A DNA stretch of 41,697 nt. Origin: Deltaproteobacteria bacterium RBG_13_61_14 (GTDB lineage: Bacteria > RBG-13-61-14). The notes beneath the pieces are model-generated. The model saw only the letters and a program-made list of their open reading frames with translations. It searched no databases and was not told where the DNA came from. Location: the NCBI GenBank assembly GCA_001797815.1, contig MGQK01000094.1:1-41697 (forward strand). Direction: 5' to 3'. Shown here in pieces: positions 9,113 to 18,625 of this stretch. The first letter of the stretch is position 1. The number at the start of each line of letters is the position of its first letter. The position numbers and the translations under genes were made by a program.

Positions 9113-10953
9113 TGATCCGATTCCGGCTCGTTCTCTCCTGCCTGGGCCTCTGCGCACTGGGGATCATCGCCTACGCCAACTCCTTCTCCGTGCCCTTTCA
9201 CTTCGACGACCAGACCCACATCACCGAGAACCCTTACCTCCACCAGATGAGCGCGCTCCGGCCGGCGGCCCTGCTCCGGGCCATGGTGCAGGACGGAAGA
9301 CAAAATCGCCCCTTCTCCAACCTCAGCTTCGGCCTGGACTATTATTTCCACGGGGAAAGCGTCTGGGGCTATCACCTGGTCAACCTGCTCCTGCACCTCT
9401 TCGCGGCCCTGATGGCCTTTCTTGCGCTCCGGCTCACCTTTCGCCGCGCCGGTCTCCCCGAAAACCGGCGCGACCTGGCCGCCCTGGCCGCCATCGCAGT
9501 CTGGACCGTGCACCCGCTCCAGACCCAGGCCGTCACCTACATCGTCCAGCGCCAGACGGTGATGGCTTCCGCCTTCCTGCTCGCCACCCTGGCCGCCTAC
9601 GTCGCCGGCCGGGAGGCGGGGTCGCGAGCGCGCAAGTATCCCCTCTATACTGCGGCCCTGGTCGCGATGATCCTGGCCGCGGGATCCAAGGAGACCGCGC
9701 TCGTGACCCCCGCGTTGCTCCTGCTCTACGAGATCTACTTCTTCCAGAACTCCTCCTTTGGCTTGCGGCGAGCTCAGCCGAGCGGCTTCCTGCGCCGCCA
9801 CCCCCTTCAAGTGGCGGTCGCGGTCATCATCCTCAGCAGTCTCTCCATCCTTTACCTCCGGCCGGAAATGTGGGCGAAAATCGCGCTCGGCTACCAGGAC
9901 TACTCCTTCACCCTGCCCGAGCGCCTGCTCACCGAGCCGCGGGTGCTTTTCGATTATATCGGCCTGATCCTCCTGCCCCTCCCGTCCCGGCTCAGCCTGG
10001 AGCACGCCCCGGTTCTTTCCTCCTCGCTCGTCCATCCCTGGACCACCCTGCCCGCCATCCTCGCCTGGATCGGGCTGATCGCCGCCGCCTTCCGCTTCGC
10101 CCGGCTGCGGCCCCTGCTCAGCTTTGCCCTGCTCTGGTTCCTGGGCAACCTCTTCCTGGAATCTTCCTTCCTCCCCCTCGACCTCATGAACGAACACCGC
10201 CTCTACCTTCCCTCCCTCGCCGTGATCGTCCCCCTGGCGGCCGCACCCATCCTTTACACGCGCCGGCGGCGCTGGCCCCTGGCCGGGCTCGGCCTCATCG
10301 TCATCTTCCTCCTCCTCGCCACCATCACCCGCAACCGGGTCTGGCAGAGTCCGCGCCGGCTCTGGACCGACGCAATTGAAAAGGCGCCCGGCGTGGCCCG
10401 GGCCTGGACCAACCTCTGCGCGGTCCAGGTAGCGGAGGCCGACTACTCGGCCGCCCTGGCTGGCTGCCGGCGGGCCGTCGCCATTGATCCCCGCATCGCC
10501 GAGCCGCACAACTACCTGGGCATTGCTTATTACCAGCTCCGCGATCCCGAGCGGGGGGAGCAAGAGTTCCAGAAAGCGATTGCGCTCAACCCTGACTTCG
10601 ACCTGGCGCTCTTCAACCTGGCCGAGCTCTACCGGAAGCAGGCCGAGCCGGAACAGGCCATCGCCGCCTTTCTGAGGACCTTGGCGGTCAACCCGGACAA
10701 TGACCGCGCTCACCTCCACCTCGGGCACCTCTACCTCCTTCAGAACCAGCCCCGGCTCGCCATCCCCCACTATCAAGAGGTGGTCCGGCTCCGGCCCCGC
10801 TGGCCACGAGCTTACTCCTACCTGGCCCAGGCTTACCTGGACGCCGGCGATTGCGCGGCGGCCCGCCAGGAGGCCGAGCGAGGGCTCCGGCTCGATCCCG
10901 CCCAGCCCGATCTGGAATCCATCCGGCAACAGTGTGTCCCTCGCGCTCGATAG
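9109..10953 (+). CDS. TMTC-like GT-C glycosyltransferase with TPR repeats, paralog 2
   Basis: Same motif set as paralog 1; ATGA start/stop overlap with it. Confidence 0.82.
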   Translation: MMIRFRLVLSCLGLCALGIIAYANSFSVPFHFDDQTHITENPYLHQMSALRPAALLRAMVQDGRQNRPFSNLSFGLDYYFHGESVWGYHLVNLLLHLFAALMAFLALRLTFRRAGLPENRRDLAALAAIAVWTVHPLQTQAVTYIVQRQTVMASAFLLATLAAYVAGREAGSRARKYPLYTAALVAMILAAGSKETALVTPALLLLYEIYFFQNSSFGLRRAQPSGFLRRHPLQVAVAVIILSSLSILYLRPEMWAKIALGYQDYSFTLPERLLTEPRVLFDYIGLILLPLPSRLSLEHAPVLSSSLVHPWTTLPAILAWIGLIAAAFRFARLRPLLSFALLWFLGNLFLESSFLPLDLMNEHRLYLPSLAVIVPLAAAPILYTRRRRWPLAGLGLIVIFLLLATITRNRVWQSPRRLWTDAIEKAPGVARAWTNLCAVQVAEADYSAALAGCRRAVAIDPRIAEPHNYLGIAYYQLRDPERGEQEFQKAIALNPDFDLALFNLAELYRKQAEPEQAIAAFLRTLAVNPDNDRAHLHLGHLYLLQNQPRLAIPHYQEVVRLRPRWPRAYSYLAQAYLDAGDCAAARQEAERGLRLDPAQPDLESIRQQCVPRAR

Positions 10954-10976
10954 TTACAATCTAAATAATTTTTAAG

Positions 10977-11005
10977 TTGACAAGAAAAAGTTTTTAGGAT
11001 ATAGT
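10977..11005 (+). promoter_or_regulatory. Sigma70-type promoter
   Basis: TTGACA (10977-10982), 17-nt spacer, TATAGT (11000-11005), in an AT-rich patch. Confidence 0.7.
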
Positions 11006-11213
11006 TCGCATACAAAGTAGTTCTAATGTACCGGCAGTAAGGTTTCTTCTCGCGAAAAGGGGTGGCTCGCTCCCGCTGGGCAAGGGAAAGAATCCCTCTC
11101 TCGGCCCGAGCGAGGTTTGCTCCCGGACTTTCCGGGGCAGGGGAAAAATACTTGCGGGAGAGAGGGATGGGTGTTCTCAAAAAGAGCCGAGGGACTGAAG
11201 TTTCCTTGCGGGT

Positions 11214-11234
11214 TTGCATTTTTTACAACTGTAA
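11214..11234. promoter_or_regulatory. Candidate activator (bEBP) binding palindromes
   Basis: TTGCA-N5-TACAA overlapping the perfect TTACA-AC-TGTAA (11223-11234), about 110 bp upstream of the sigma54 site. Confidence 0.4.
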
Positions 11235-11340
11235 TAGATGCTGACAGTTTGCTTTTTTCTTCGGAGCGGCGCGCTCCGGGTGAGCGGGATAATTCCCAGT
11301 GATTTTGAGGAGCTAAGGGGGAAGTCCAAGGGGATTTGAT

Positions 11341-11356
11341 TTGGCACAGCCCTTGC
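11341..11356 (+). promoter_or_regulatory. Sigma54 (-24/-12) promoter
   Basis: TTGGCAC-AGCCC-TTGC is an exact match to TGGCAC-N5-TTGC, 135 nt upstream of the MFS start. Confidence 0.8.
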
Positions 11357-11491
11357 CTTGGAGAGTAGGGGCTTTTCGAGAAGGAAGAGGTATATCCATT
11401 TGCAAATCTGGAAGAGTTCTTCCTGAGAGACTGGCTCAGGGCGAATTGTTTCAGTTGTTTCATTAACCCTCTGTAGTAAGGAGATAGGCGT

Positions 11492-12706
11492 ATGGGTCAA
11501 AATTCGAGTCGCGGATGGCTCGTGACTTTCTCCGGCACCGGGATTAATCTCGCCTTGGGCGTGCTCTATTCCTGGAGCGTCATTTCCAAAGAGATACCTG
11601 CGGACTGGAACTGGAGCGAAACCCACCGCTCCTGGCCTTACACCATTGCCTGTTTGGTCTTTGCCCTGATGATGGTGCCGGCCGGAAAGTTGCAAGACAA
11701 ATTCGGGCCCCGGATCGTGGCCAGCCTGGGCGGCATCTTGACCGGGCTGGGGCTGATCCTGGCCGGCCAGTTTACCACCCTGGGCATGTTTATCCTGGGT
11801 TTCGGCATCCTGGCCGGGACCGGCATCGGCTTCGGCTATGCCTCGGCCACCCCGCCCGCGGTCAAATGGTTTCCGTCCGCCAAGACCGGGATGATCGCCG
11901 GGATCGTGGTCTCCGGCTTCGGCCTGGCCTCGGTTTACATCGCCCCGCTGGCCAAATACTTGATCAAGGCCGTGGGCGTGCAATCCACCCTGATGATTCT
12001 GGGCATCGCTTTCCTGATCCTGGTCACCCTGCTCGCGCAAATGCTTGTCAACCCGCCTCCCCAGCCGGCCGGCGCCAAAGCCGCAGCCGCGGTTCCGGCT
12101 AAAGATTATTCCGCGGGGGAAATGCTCAAGACCTCCCAGTTCTATCTGCTCTGGCTGATGTTCGCCTTTAACGCCGGCGCCGGGTTGATGGTCATCGGCA
12201 AGCTGGCCAAGCTGGTGGAGGTGCAAGCCGGCTTCAAGGCCGGCTTTATCCTGGTGGCCCTGCTCGCCATCGGCAATGCCGGCGGCCGACTCCTGGCCGG
12301 AACCCTTTCCGATAAATATGGCCGCACCCGGATCTTGCAAGCGTTCACCCTGTTCCAGGCGGCCTTGATGTTCCTGACCCCGTTCATCAATAATACCTTC
12401 ATCCTCGTCCTTTTCTCCATGTGCATCGGCATGAACTACGGCTCCAACCTGGCCCTCTTCCCCTCGATCACCAAAGATTTCTTCGGCTTGAAGAATTTCG
12501 GCGTCAATTACGGCCTGGTCTTTACCGCCTGGGGGGTAGGCTCGATCATGGCCTTGCTGGCCGGAAAGATCTACGACCTCTACCAGAGTTTTGAATACGC
12601 TCTTTACCTGGCCGGAGCTTTGCTCCTGGTCACCATCGTGCTCTCCCTGGTGGTGAGAAAACCGGTGGCGGAAGCTAGAGCGGCGGCGGCTGAAGCCAAA
12701 GCTTGA
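11492..12706 (+). CDS. MFS transporter, oxalate/formate antiporter (OFA, YhjX-like) family
   Basis: About 12 hydrophobic segments; GKLQDKFGPR and GTLSDKYGR motif A copies; KWFP..G; FGLKNFGVNYG; TAAGGAG RBS. Confidence 0.88.
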   Translation: MGQNSSRGWLVTFSGTGINLALGVLYSWSVISKEIPADWNWSETHRSWPYTIACLVFALMMVPAGKLQDKFGPRIVASLGGILTGLGLILAGQFTTLGMFILGFGILAGTGIGFGYASATPPAVKWFPSAKTGMIAGIVVSGFGLASVYIAPLAKYLIKAVGVQSTLMILGIAFLILVTLLAQMLVNPPPQPAGAKAAAAVPAKDYSAGEMLKTSQFYLLWLMFAFNAGAGLMVIGKLAKLVEVQAGFKAGFILVALLAIGNAGGRLLAGTLSDKYGRTRILQAFTLFQAALMFLTPFINNTFILVLFSMCIGMNYGSNLALFPSITKDFFGLKNFGVNYGLVFTAWGVGSIMALLAGKIYDLYQSFEYALYLAGALLLVTIVLSLVVRKPVAEARAAAAEAKA

Positions 12707-12720
12707 AAGGGAGGTGGTCC

Positions 12721-13860
12721 ATGACACATAAGGCAGGGATGGGAATCGCCGCGGCGGTTGTTTGGGCGGTCATCCTGGCCGGGTCGGCTGTCCCGGCGCG
12801 AGCTCAATGGCAGATCGCCAGCCCGGACGGGAAGGCGAACCTCAAGCTCGGGATTCTCTTCCAGGGGCAGGCCGAGTGGATGGAATTCCCGGAAGTGGGC
12901 GATCCCAACGACTTTGACTTATCCCGGAACATTTTTATCCGGCGTTTCCGGATCCTGGGCGGGGGCAATGTGACCGAGAAGCTTTCCTTTTTCTTCGAGA
13001 CCGACAGCCCCAACCTGGGCAAGGGCATCACCAAGGTGACGGTGAGCCCGGGCGGCACGGTGGCCGTGGAAAATTCCAAGGAAGCGGGAGATATTTACCT
13101 GCAGGATGTATTTGTCACTTATTCCTTCCTGGATGAATTCAAAATCGAAGGCGGGCTGATGCTCACGCCCAACTCCCATAACTCGGAAAGCTCGGCCGCC
13201 GCGCTCCTGCCCATTGACTACGGCCCTTACTCGTTCCTGGCCTCGACGCCCACCCTCTCCCGGGTGGGACGGGACTGGGGCGCCCAGGCCCGCGGCTACC
13301 TCTTCAAGCATTTCGAATACCGTTTCGGCGTTTACCAGGGCTTTCGAGGGGAAAATTCCACTGCCCCCTTCCGCTACGTCGGCCGGGTGGTGGCCTACGT
13401 CTTCGAGCCGGAAACCGGCTTCTTCTATACCGGCACTTCCCTGGGCACCAAGAAGATCCTGGCGCTGGGGTTCAGCGGCGACGGCCAGGAGACCTATCGC
13501 TCTTACGGCGGCGACATCTTTATGGATCTGCCCATTCCCAACGGGGACGGGCTCACGCTGCAAGGGGATTACATCTATTATGATGGGAATGATACTTTTC
13601 AACAACTGCCGGTCCAGAATACCTGGCTCGCCGAAGCGGGTTACTATAACAAGGCGGCCCGGCTGGGACCCTTTGTCCAGATCGGGGTGCAAGACTTCGC
13701 CGATCCGGACCTGCACGACGAGAACCGCTACCAGGGCGGGCTGGCCTATTGGGCCTTCGGGCACAAATTCAACCTCAAGCTCGGCTACACCCAGATTTAC
13801 AAGCAGCATGAGCGCCGCCGCAACCAGGTGGTGCTCCAGTGCCAGGTGTTCCAGTTTTAA
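12721..13860 (+). CDS. Outer-membrane porin (OprO/OprP-like or short-chain amide porin-like)
   Basis: GGAGG RBS, signal peptide, FIRRFR and GRDWG motifs, alternating beta-strand pattern, terminal Phe. Confidence 0.7.
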   Translation: MTHKAGMGIAAAVVWAVILAGSAVPARAQWQIASPDGKANLKLGILFQGQAEWMEFPEVGDPNDFDLSRNIFIRRFRILGGGNVTEKLSFFFETDSPNLGKGITKVTVSPGGTVAVENSKEAGDIYLQDVFVTYSFLDEFKIEGGLMLTPNSHNSESSAAALLPIDYGPYSFLASTPTLSRVGRDWGAQARGYLFKHFEYRFGVYQGFRGENSTAPFRYVGRVVAYVFEPETGFFYTGTSLGTKKILALGFSGDGQETYRSYGGDIFMDLPIPNGDGLTLQGDYIYYDGNDTFQQLPVQNTWLAEAGYYNKAARLGPFVQIGVQDFADPDLHDENRYQGGLAYWAFGHKFNLKLGYTQIYKQHERRRNQVVLQCQVFQF

Positions 13861-14005
13861 GGGAAAAGCGAGGCTTGGCAAAATTTTGGAAGCTGTCATA
13901 TAATAACCGGCTCTGGGGTTAAAAAGGATTCTTCCTTTCGGTTTGGGGAAGGGAAGAGGAAACTCGGGGCTGATCGGGATCAAGGAGAGTAAGGAGGAAT
14001 TTGCC

Positions 14006-16015
14006 ATGGATAAAGGAAAAGCAAAAGAAAAAACAGAAGAAAAAGAAAAAAAGTCCATCTTGTCCGTCAGCTTGGAAGACCGCGTGTTTGACATCCCCAA
14101 GGATTTGCAGAAGAGAGCCTACATCAAAAGCGCCGCGCAGTATGAGCGGATGTTCAAGGAATCCCGCGACAACCCCGACCAGTTTTGGGGCAAGTTGGCC
14201 GAGGAATATCTGACCTGGGACAAGAAGTGGAGCTCGGTGTTCAAGTGGGATGACAAAGAGGCGATCAAGTTCTCCTGGTTCAAAGGCGGCAAGCTCAATG
14301 CCTCGGTCAACTGCCTGGACCGGCACCTCAGCAGCGCCAACAAGAACCGGGCCGCGATCATCTGGGAAGGCGATGATCCCAAGGACAGCAAGGTCTTTAC
14401 CTATATGGACCTCTACCGGGAAGTCAATAAGTTCGCCAATGTCCTTAAAAAGAAGGGGGTCAAGAAGGGCGACCGGGTGGCCGTTTACCTGCCCATGATC
14501 CCGGAGCTGCCCATTGCCATGCTCGCCTGCGCCCGGATCGGCGCCGTCCACTCCGTGGTCTTCGGCGGCTTCAGCGCCGACTCGCTCAAGGACCGGATCC
14601 AGGACTCGCAGTGCGTGATGCTGATCACTTCCGACGCGAGCTACCGGGGCGGCCGGGTGATCCCGCTCAAGGCCAATGCCGACAAGGCCCTGGAGAGCTG
14701 CCCCTCGGTCAAGACTACGGTCGTGGTCAACCGGGCCAACCAGGAGGTGCCGATGAAGGCCGGCCGGGACGTCTGGTGGCACGAGGAGATGAACGCCTCG
14801 GACATCAAGCCCTTTTGTCCGCCCGAAAGCATGGATTCAGAAGATCCGCTCTTCATCCTCTACACCTCCGGCTCCACCGGCAAACCCAAGGGCGTGCTCC
14901 ACACTACGGCCGGCTTCCTGCTCTACGTAGCGGTCTCCCACAAGCTCGTCTTCGACATCCACGAGGAAGACACCTTCTGGTGCACCGCGGACATCGGCTG
15001 GGTCACCGGCCATTCCTACATCGTTTATGGCCCGCTCTGCAACGGCGCCACCTCGGTCATGTTCGAGGGCGTGCCCAACTATCCCAACCCGGCCCGCTTT
15101 TGGGCGATCGTGGAAAAATACAAGGTCAACGTGATCTACACCGCGCCCACCGCGATCCGGGCCATTGCCAAGGAGGGGGACGAATGGCCGAAGAAGCACG
15201 ACCTCTCGTCCTTGCGAATCCTGGGCACGGTGGGCGAGCCGATCAACCCCGAGGCCTGGATCTGGTATCACCATGTGATCGGCAATGACCGCTGCCCGAT
15301 CGTGGACACCTACTGGCAGACCGAAACCGGCGGCTTCATCATCACCCCCTTCCCCGGCGCCTTCAAGCTCAAGCCCGGAAGCGCCACCAAGCCCTTTTTC
15401 GGGGTGTTCTGCAAGGTGCTCCGCGAAGACGGCACCGAGTGCGAGGCCAACGAGGGCGGATACCTGGTGATCGAGCGGCCCTGGCCCGGGCTGATGCGCA
15501 CCGTTTACGGCCAGCACGAGCGCTTCAAGGAGACCTACTGGGTCCGCTTCCCCGGCTACTACACCACCGGCGACGGCTGCCGCGTTGACGACAACGGCTA
15601 TTACTGGCTGATGGGCCGGCTGGACGACGTGATCAATGTCTCCGGCCACCGCATGGGCACCGCGGAGATCGAAAGCGCCCTGGTCAGCCATCCCAAGGTG
15701 GCCGAGGCCGCGGTGGTGGGCATGCCCCACGACATCAAGGGCCAGGGAATTTATGCTTTCGTCACTCCCAATACTGGCGTCCCCAAGACCGAGGATCTCA
15801 AGAAGGAACTTGTGGCGCATGTGCGCAAGGAGATCGGCCCCATCGCTACCCCGGACAAGATCCAGTTCACCGACGCGCTGCCCAAGACCCGTTCGGGCAA
15901 GATCATGCGCCGCATCCTGAAAAAGATCGCGTCCGGCGACGTCAAGGAGTTGGGCGACACCACCACCCTGGCCGACCCCACGGTGGTGGATTCCCTGGTC
16001 GAAGGGAGGCAGTAA
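14006..16015 (+). CDS. acs: Acetyl-CoA synthetase (acetate--CoA ligase)
   Basis: [46 protein letters not shown]; AAGGAGG RBS before ATG 14006. Confidence 0.97.
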   Translation: MDKGKAKEKTEEKEKKSILSVSLEDRVFDIPKDLQKRAYIKSAAQYERMFKESRDNPDQFWGKLAEEYLTWDKKWSSVFKWDDKEAIKFSWFKGGKLNASVNCLDRHLSSANKNRAAIIWEGDDPKDSKVFTYMDLYREVNKFANVLKKKGVKKGDRVAVYLPMIPELPIAMLACARIGAVHSVVFGGFSADSLKDRIQDSQCVMLITSDASYRGGRVIPLKANADKALESCPSVKTTVVVNRANQEVPMKAGRDVWWHEEMNASDIKPFCPPESMDSEDPLFILYTSGSTGKPKGVLHTTAGFLLYVAVSHKLVFDIHEEDTFWCTADIGWVTGHSYIVYGPLCNGATSVMFEGVPNYPNPARFWAIVEKYKVNVIYTAPTAIRAIAKEGDEWPKKHDLSSLRILGTVGEPINPEAWIWYHHVIGNDRCPIVDTYWQTETGGFIITPFPGAFKLKPGSATKPFFGVFCKVLREDGTECEANEGGYLVIERPWPGLMRTVYGQHERFKETYWVRFPGYYTTGDGCRVDDNGYYWLMGRLDDVINVSGHRMGTAEIESALVSHPKVAEAAVVGMPHDIKGQGIYAFVTPNTGVPKTEDLKKELVAHVRKEIGPIATPDKIQFTDALPKTRSGKIMRRILKKIASGDVKELGDTTTLADPTVVDSLVEGRQ

Positions 16016-16166
16016 TACCATTTTCTAGTTGATCTGAAACAAATAAGAACCCCGACCTACCGAATATTCGCCGGCACCCCCAGCGCGGCGGAGCCGCAAC
16101 TCCTGGCCGAGAGCCTCGGAGAAGGTCTGGTAACATTCTCTGGGGAGGAGAGAGCGTTGGTAAGGT

Positions 16167-16694
16167 CTATTTTAATTCTTCTTTGAATAAGCCCATGCGG
16201 ATGATGTCGTGGTATTGGCCCTCGCGGAAGAACTCCCGGCGGAAGACGCCCTCCTGGACGAAGCCGGCGTCCTGGTAGCACTTGAGGGCGCGGGGGTTGA
16301 AGGCGTAGGTTTCCAGGTAGAGCTTGCGCAGGTTGAGGAAGTCGAAGGCATACTGGGCCAGGAGCTTGAGGGCCTCGCGGCCGAAGCCCTTGTCCCAGTA
16401 TTCGGGGAGCCCGATGACGATGCCGACCCGGGCCTTGCGGTCGCGGGGGTCCATCAGGTCGAGGCCGCAGTTGCCCAGATATTGGCCGGAAAGGGATTCG
16501 ATCACGAACGACTTCCGGGTGGGGTCGTCGTCCAGGACCCGGCGCTCGAGCCAGGCCCGCTCCGCCTGCCGGCTGATCGGATACCAGACCGCGGAGAGGG
16601 TCCGCACCACGTTCCAGTCGTTCAGCCACTTCAGGCAGTGGGCCAGGTCTTCCGCCTCCAACGCCCGCAGTCGAACCTTTTCACCGTGGAGCAT
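16167..16694 (-). CDS. GNAT N-acetyltransferase, RimJ/RimL family
   Basis: VRLRALE, YWDKGFGREA acetyl-CoA loop, NPRALKCYQDAGFVQEG; AAGGAG RBS before ATG 16694. Confidence 0.9.
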   Translation of the reverse strand: MLHGEKVRLRALEAEDLAHCLKWLNDWNVVRTLSAVWYPISRQAERAWLERRVLDDDPTRKSFVIESLSGQYLGNCGLDLMDPRDRKARVGIVIGLPEYWDKGFGREALKLLAQYAFDFLNLRKLYLETYAFNPRALKCYQDAGFVQEGVFRREFFREGQYHDIIRMGLFKEELK

Positions 16695-16742
16695 GGCTTG
16701 GCTCCTTTTGCTCCTAACCCGGCCGAGCCGGAACCAAAAAAA

Positions 16743-16838
16743 GATTTTAACACAGAGCACACAGAGGGCACGGAGAGAAAAAAACTATTCCAAGCTCCCC
16801 GACTCTGTGTTCTCTGTGTTTCAGTTCTGTATTAAATC
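16743..16838. repeat. CACAGAG-type inverted repeat element
   Basis: AACACAGAGCACACAGAG (16749-16766) versus CTCTGTGTTCTCTGTGTT (16803-16820), 17/18 complementary. Confidence 0.8.
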
Positions 16839-16873
16839 GTGCCCACTTTGGCAATAATGTTAGCCCGAAGCGC

Positions 16874-17107
16874 CTAAGGCTCGTGGAGAATCTGATCAAT
16901 CAGCTCCGCTTTCTCGTCTTCGCTCATCCGGCCAAAATCCAGGCCGCGCTCCCGGCAGATGGCCTCCAATTTGGCTTGATTCTTTTCCACCAGTCGCTCC
17001 CATTTTTCCAGGTTGCCCAAAAGCCGCTGCAAGGCTTTGCGTCGGCCCTGCGGCGAGAGCCGATCGAGGGCAGCCAGGATTTGCTCTTCATTTAGTTCCG
17101 GAGGCAT
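16874..17107 (-). CDS. Small helical hypothetical protein (77 aa)
   Basis: Strong GAGGAG RBS and plausible protein composition; no family recognised. Confidence 0.65.
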   Translation of the reverse strand: MPPELNEEQILAALDRLSPQGRRKALQRLLGNLEKWERLVEKNQAKLEAICRERGLDFGRMSEDEKAELIDQILHEP

Positions 17108-17139
17108 AAACAGTCTCCTCTCCCCTGCTTGTAAAATTG

Positions 17140-17148
17140 ATTATAGCA
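17140..17148 (-). promoter_or_regulatory. Extended -10 element overlapping the gltX stop codon
   Basis: Minus strand reads TGCTATAAT (TGnTATAAT), about 32 nt before the 77-aa ORF. Confidence 0.5.
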
Positions 17149-18625
17149 CACCAGAGGATTTTTCCGCTACGCTCCCTTCGGCCAACCGCTTCCGGCATTC
17201 CGCCAGACCCAGTAGCGCCGCCGCCTTTTTGAGCTCCGGCCCCTGCACCTCGCCGGTGAGCGCCGCCCGCAGCGGCATGAGCAGCGCCTTGCCTTTCAGC
17301 TTGAGCTTCTTCTTCAGCTCCGCCACAACCTCCTCGAACCCCGCTTCGTCCAGCCGCGCCCGGCCCAAAAGCTCGGCCGCGAACGCCGCCGCCACTTTCC
17401 GCGCCGACTCCTCCTGCAAGACCCGCTCAGCTTCGGCCGATCGGGAGAACGGCTCTTGCAGGTAAAGCCGCATCGCGGCCACCGACTCGCTGAGCAGGTC
17501 AATCTTTTCGCGGATCGAGTCCACCGCGGCCCAGAGCCATTCCCGGGGCCGGCCGTTAAGCGGATAGCCGGCCAGCTCCAGGTGGGGCCGGACCAGCTCG
17601 TAAAGGGCTTCGGGTGGAAGCGCCCTCAGGTATTTCCCGTTCAGCCAGCGGAGCTTGTCCAGGTCAAACACCGCCGCCGCCTTGTGCACCCGCTCCAGGC
17701 TGAACCGCTCCGCCATTTCCGCGAGCGAAAGGATCTCCTCCCCGTCCGGGCTCGACCAGCCGAGCAGGGCCATGTAATTGTCCAGCGCCGCGGGCAGGCA
17801 GCCGTCGCGGTAAAAACGGTCGAGCGAGGTATCGCCGTGGCGCTTGCTCAGGGGCTTATGGTCCGGGCCGGTGATCAGGGGCAGGTGTGCGAAAGCGGGC
17901 GGCTCCCAGCCCAGGGCCCGGTAGAGCAGCGCCTGTTTCGGAGTGTTGGAGAGGTGGTCCTCCCCCCGGATCACGTGGCTGATGGCCATGTGCTGGTCGT
18001 CCACCACGCAGGCAAAATTGTAAGTCACCTTACCACTGGCCCGCACGACCACGAAGTCGCCGATCTGTCCGGAATCGAAGCTCAATCGGCCCCGGATCGC
18101 ATCGTCCACCTCCACCAGACCCGCCGGCACCGAGAAGCGCCAGGCCGGGCTCCGGCCCTGCGCCATGCGATCCGCCCGCTCGGCCTCGCGCAAGCTCCGA
18201 CAGCGGCCGGAATAGTGATAGGTCAAGCCCGCGGCCGCGGCCTGCCGGCGCTCCTGCTCCAGCTCCAGCTCCGAGCAGAAACAGGGATAGACCTTCCCGG
18301 CCGCGGCCAACTCCTCCAGGCAGCGCCGGTAAAGCTCGGTCCGCTCCGACTGCCGGTAGGGGCCGTATTCGCCCCGGCCCGGCGCCTGCGGGTCCTCGGC
18401 CGCGACCGGGCCTTCGTCCCAGAGCAAGCCCAGCCAGCGCAGGCTCACGTAGATGCCGCGCTCGGCCTCCGGGTCGTTGCGGACCGCGTCGGTGTCCTCC
18501 AGCCGCAGCACCAAGGTCCCCTGCTGATGCCGGGCAAAGAGCCAGTTGAAGAGCGCGGTGCGGGCGTTGCCCAAATGCAGAAGTCCGGTAGGTGAGGGCG
18601 CGAAGCGGACGCGGACGGCGCTCAT
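17141..18625 (-). CDS. gltX: Glutamate--tRNA ligase
   Basis: RFAPSPTGLLHLGN (HIGH), LRLEDTD, YPCFC, IRGEDHLSN, PLSKR (KMSKS), plus the C-terminal anticodon-binding domain. Confidence 0.96.
   Translation of the reverse strand: MSAVRVRFAPSPTGLLHLGNARTALFNWLFARHQQGTLVLRLEDTDAVRNDPEAERGIYVSLRWLGLLWDEGPVAAEDPQAPGRGEYGPYRQSERTELYRRCLEELAAAGKVYPCFCSELELEQERRQAAAAGLTYHYSGRCRSLREAERADRMAQGRSPAWRFSVPAGLVEVDDAIRGRLSFDSGQIGDFVVVRASGKVTYNFACVVDDQHMAISHVIRGEDHLSNTPKQALLYRALGWEPPAFAHLPLITGPDHKPLSKRHGDTSLDRFYRDGCLPAALDNYMALLGWSSPDGEEILSLAEMAERFSLERVHKAAAVFDLDKLRWLNGKYLRALPPEALYELVRPHLELAGYPLNGRPREWLWAAVDSIREKIDLLSESVAAMRLYLQEPFSRSAEAERVLQEESARKVAAAFAAELLGRARLDEAGFEEVVAELKKKLKLKGKALLMPLRAALTGEVQGPELKKAAALLGLAECRKRLAEGSVAEKSSGVL

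Noticed and set aside
11061-11234. Cobalamin riboswitch (GGT...AAGGGAA...AACTGTAA fragments)
   Set aside because: It lacks the GGTGnAAnTCC T-loop, the CCCGC element and the B12 box. It is kept only as a generic structured-RNA candidate.
13875-13890. Second sigma54 site before acs (TTGGCAAAATTTTGGA)
   Set aside because: There is no GC at the -12 position.
16712-16865. Integron attC-like site (GGCTAAC...GTTAGGA on the minus strand) before the GNAT gene
   Set aside because: Both R boxes deviate from consensus, the L boxes do not pair with correct spacing, 154 bp is too long, and no integrase is present.
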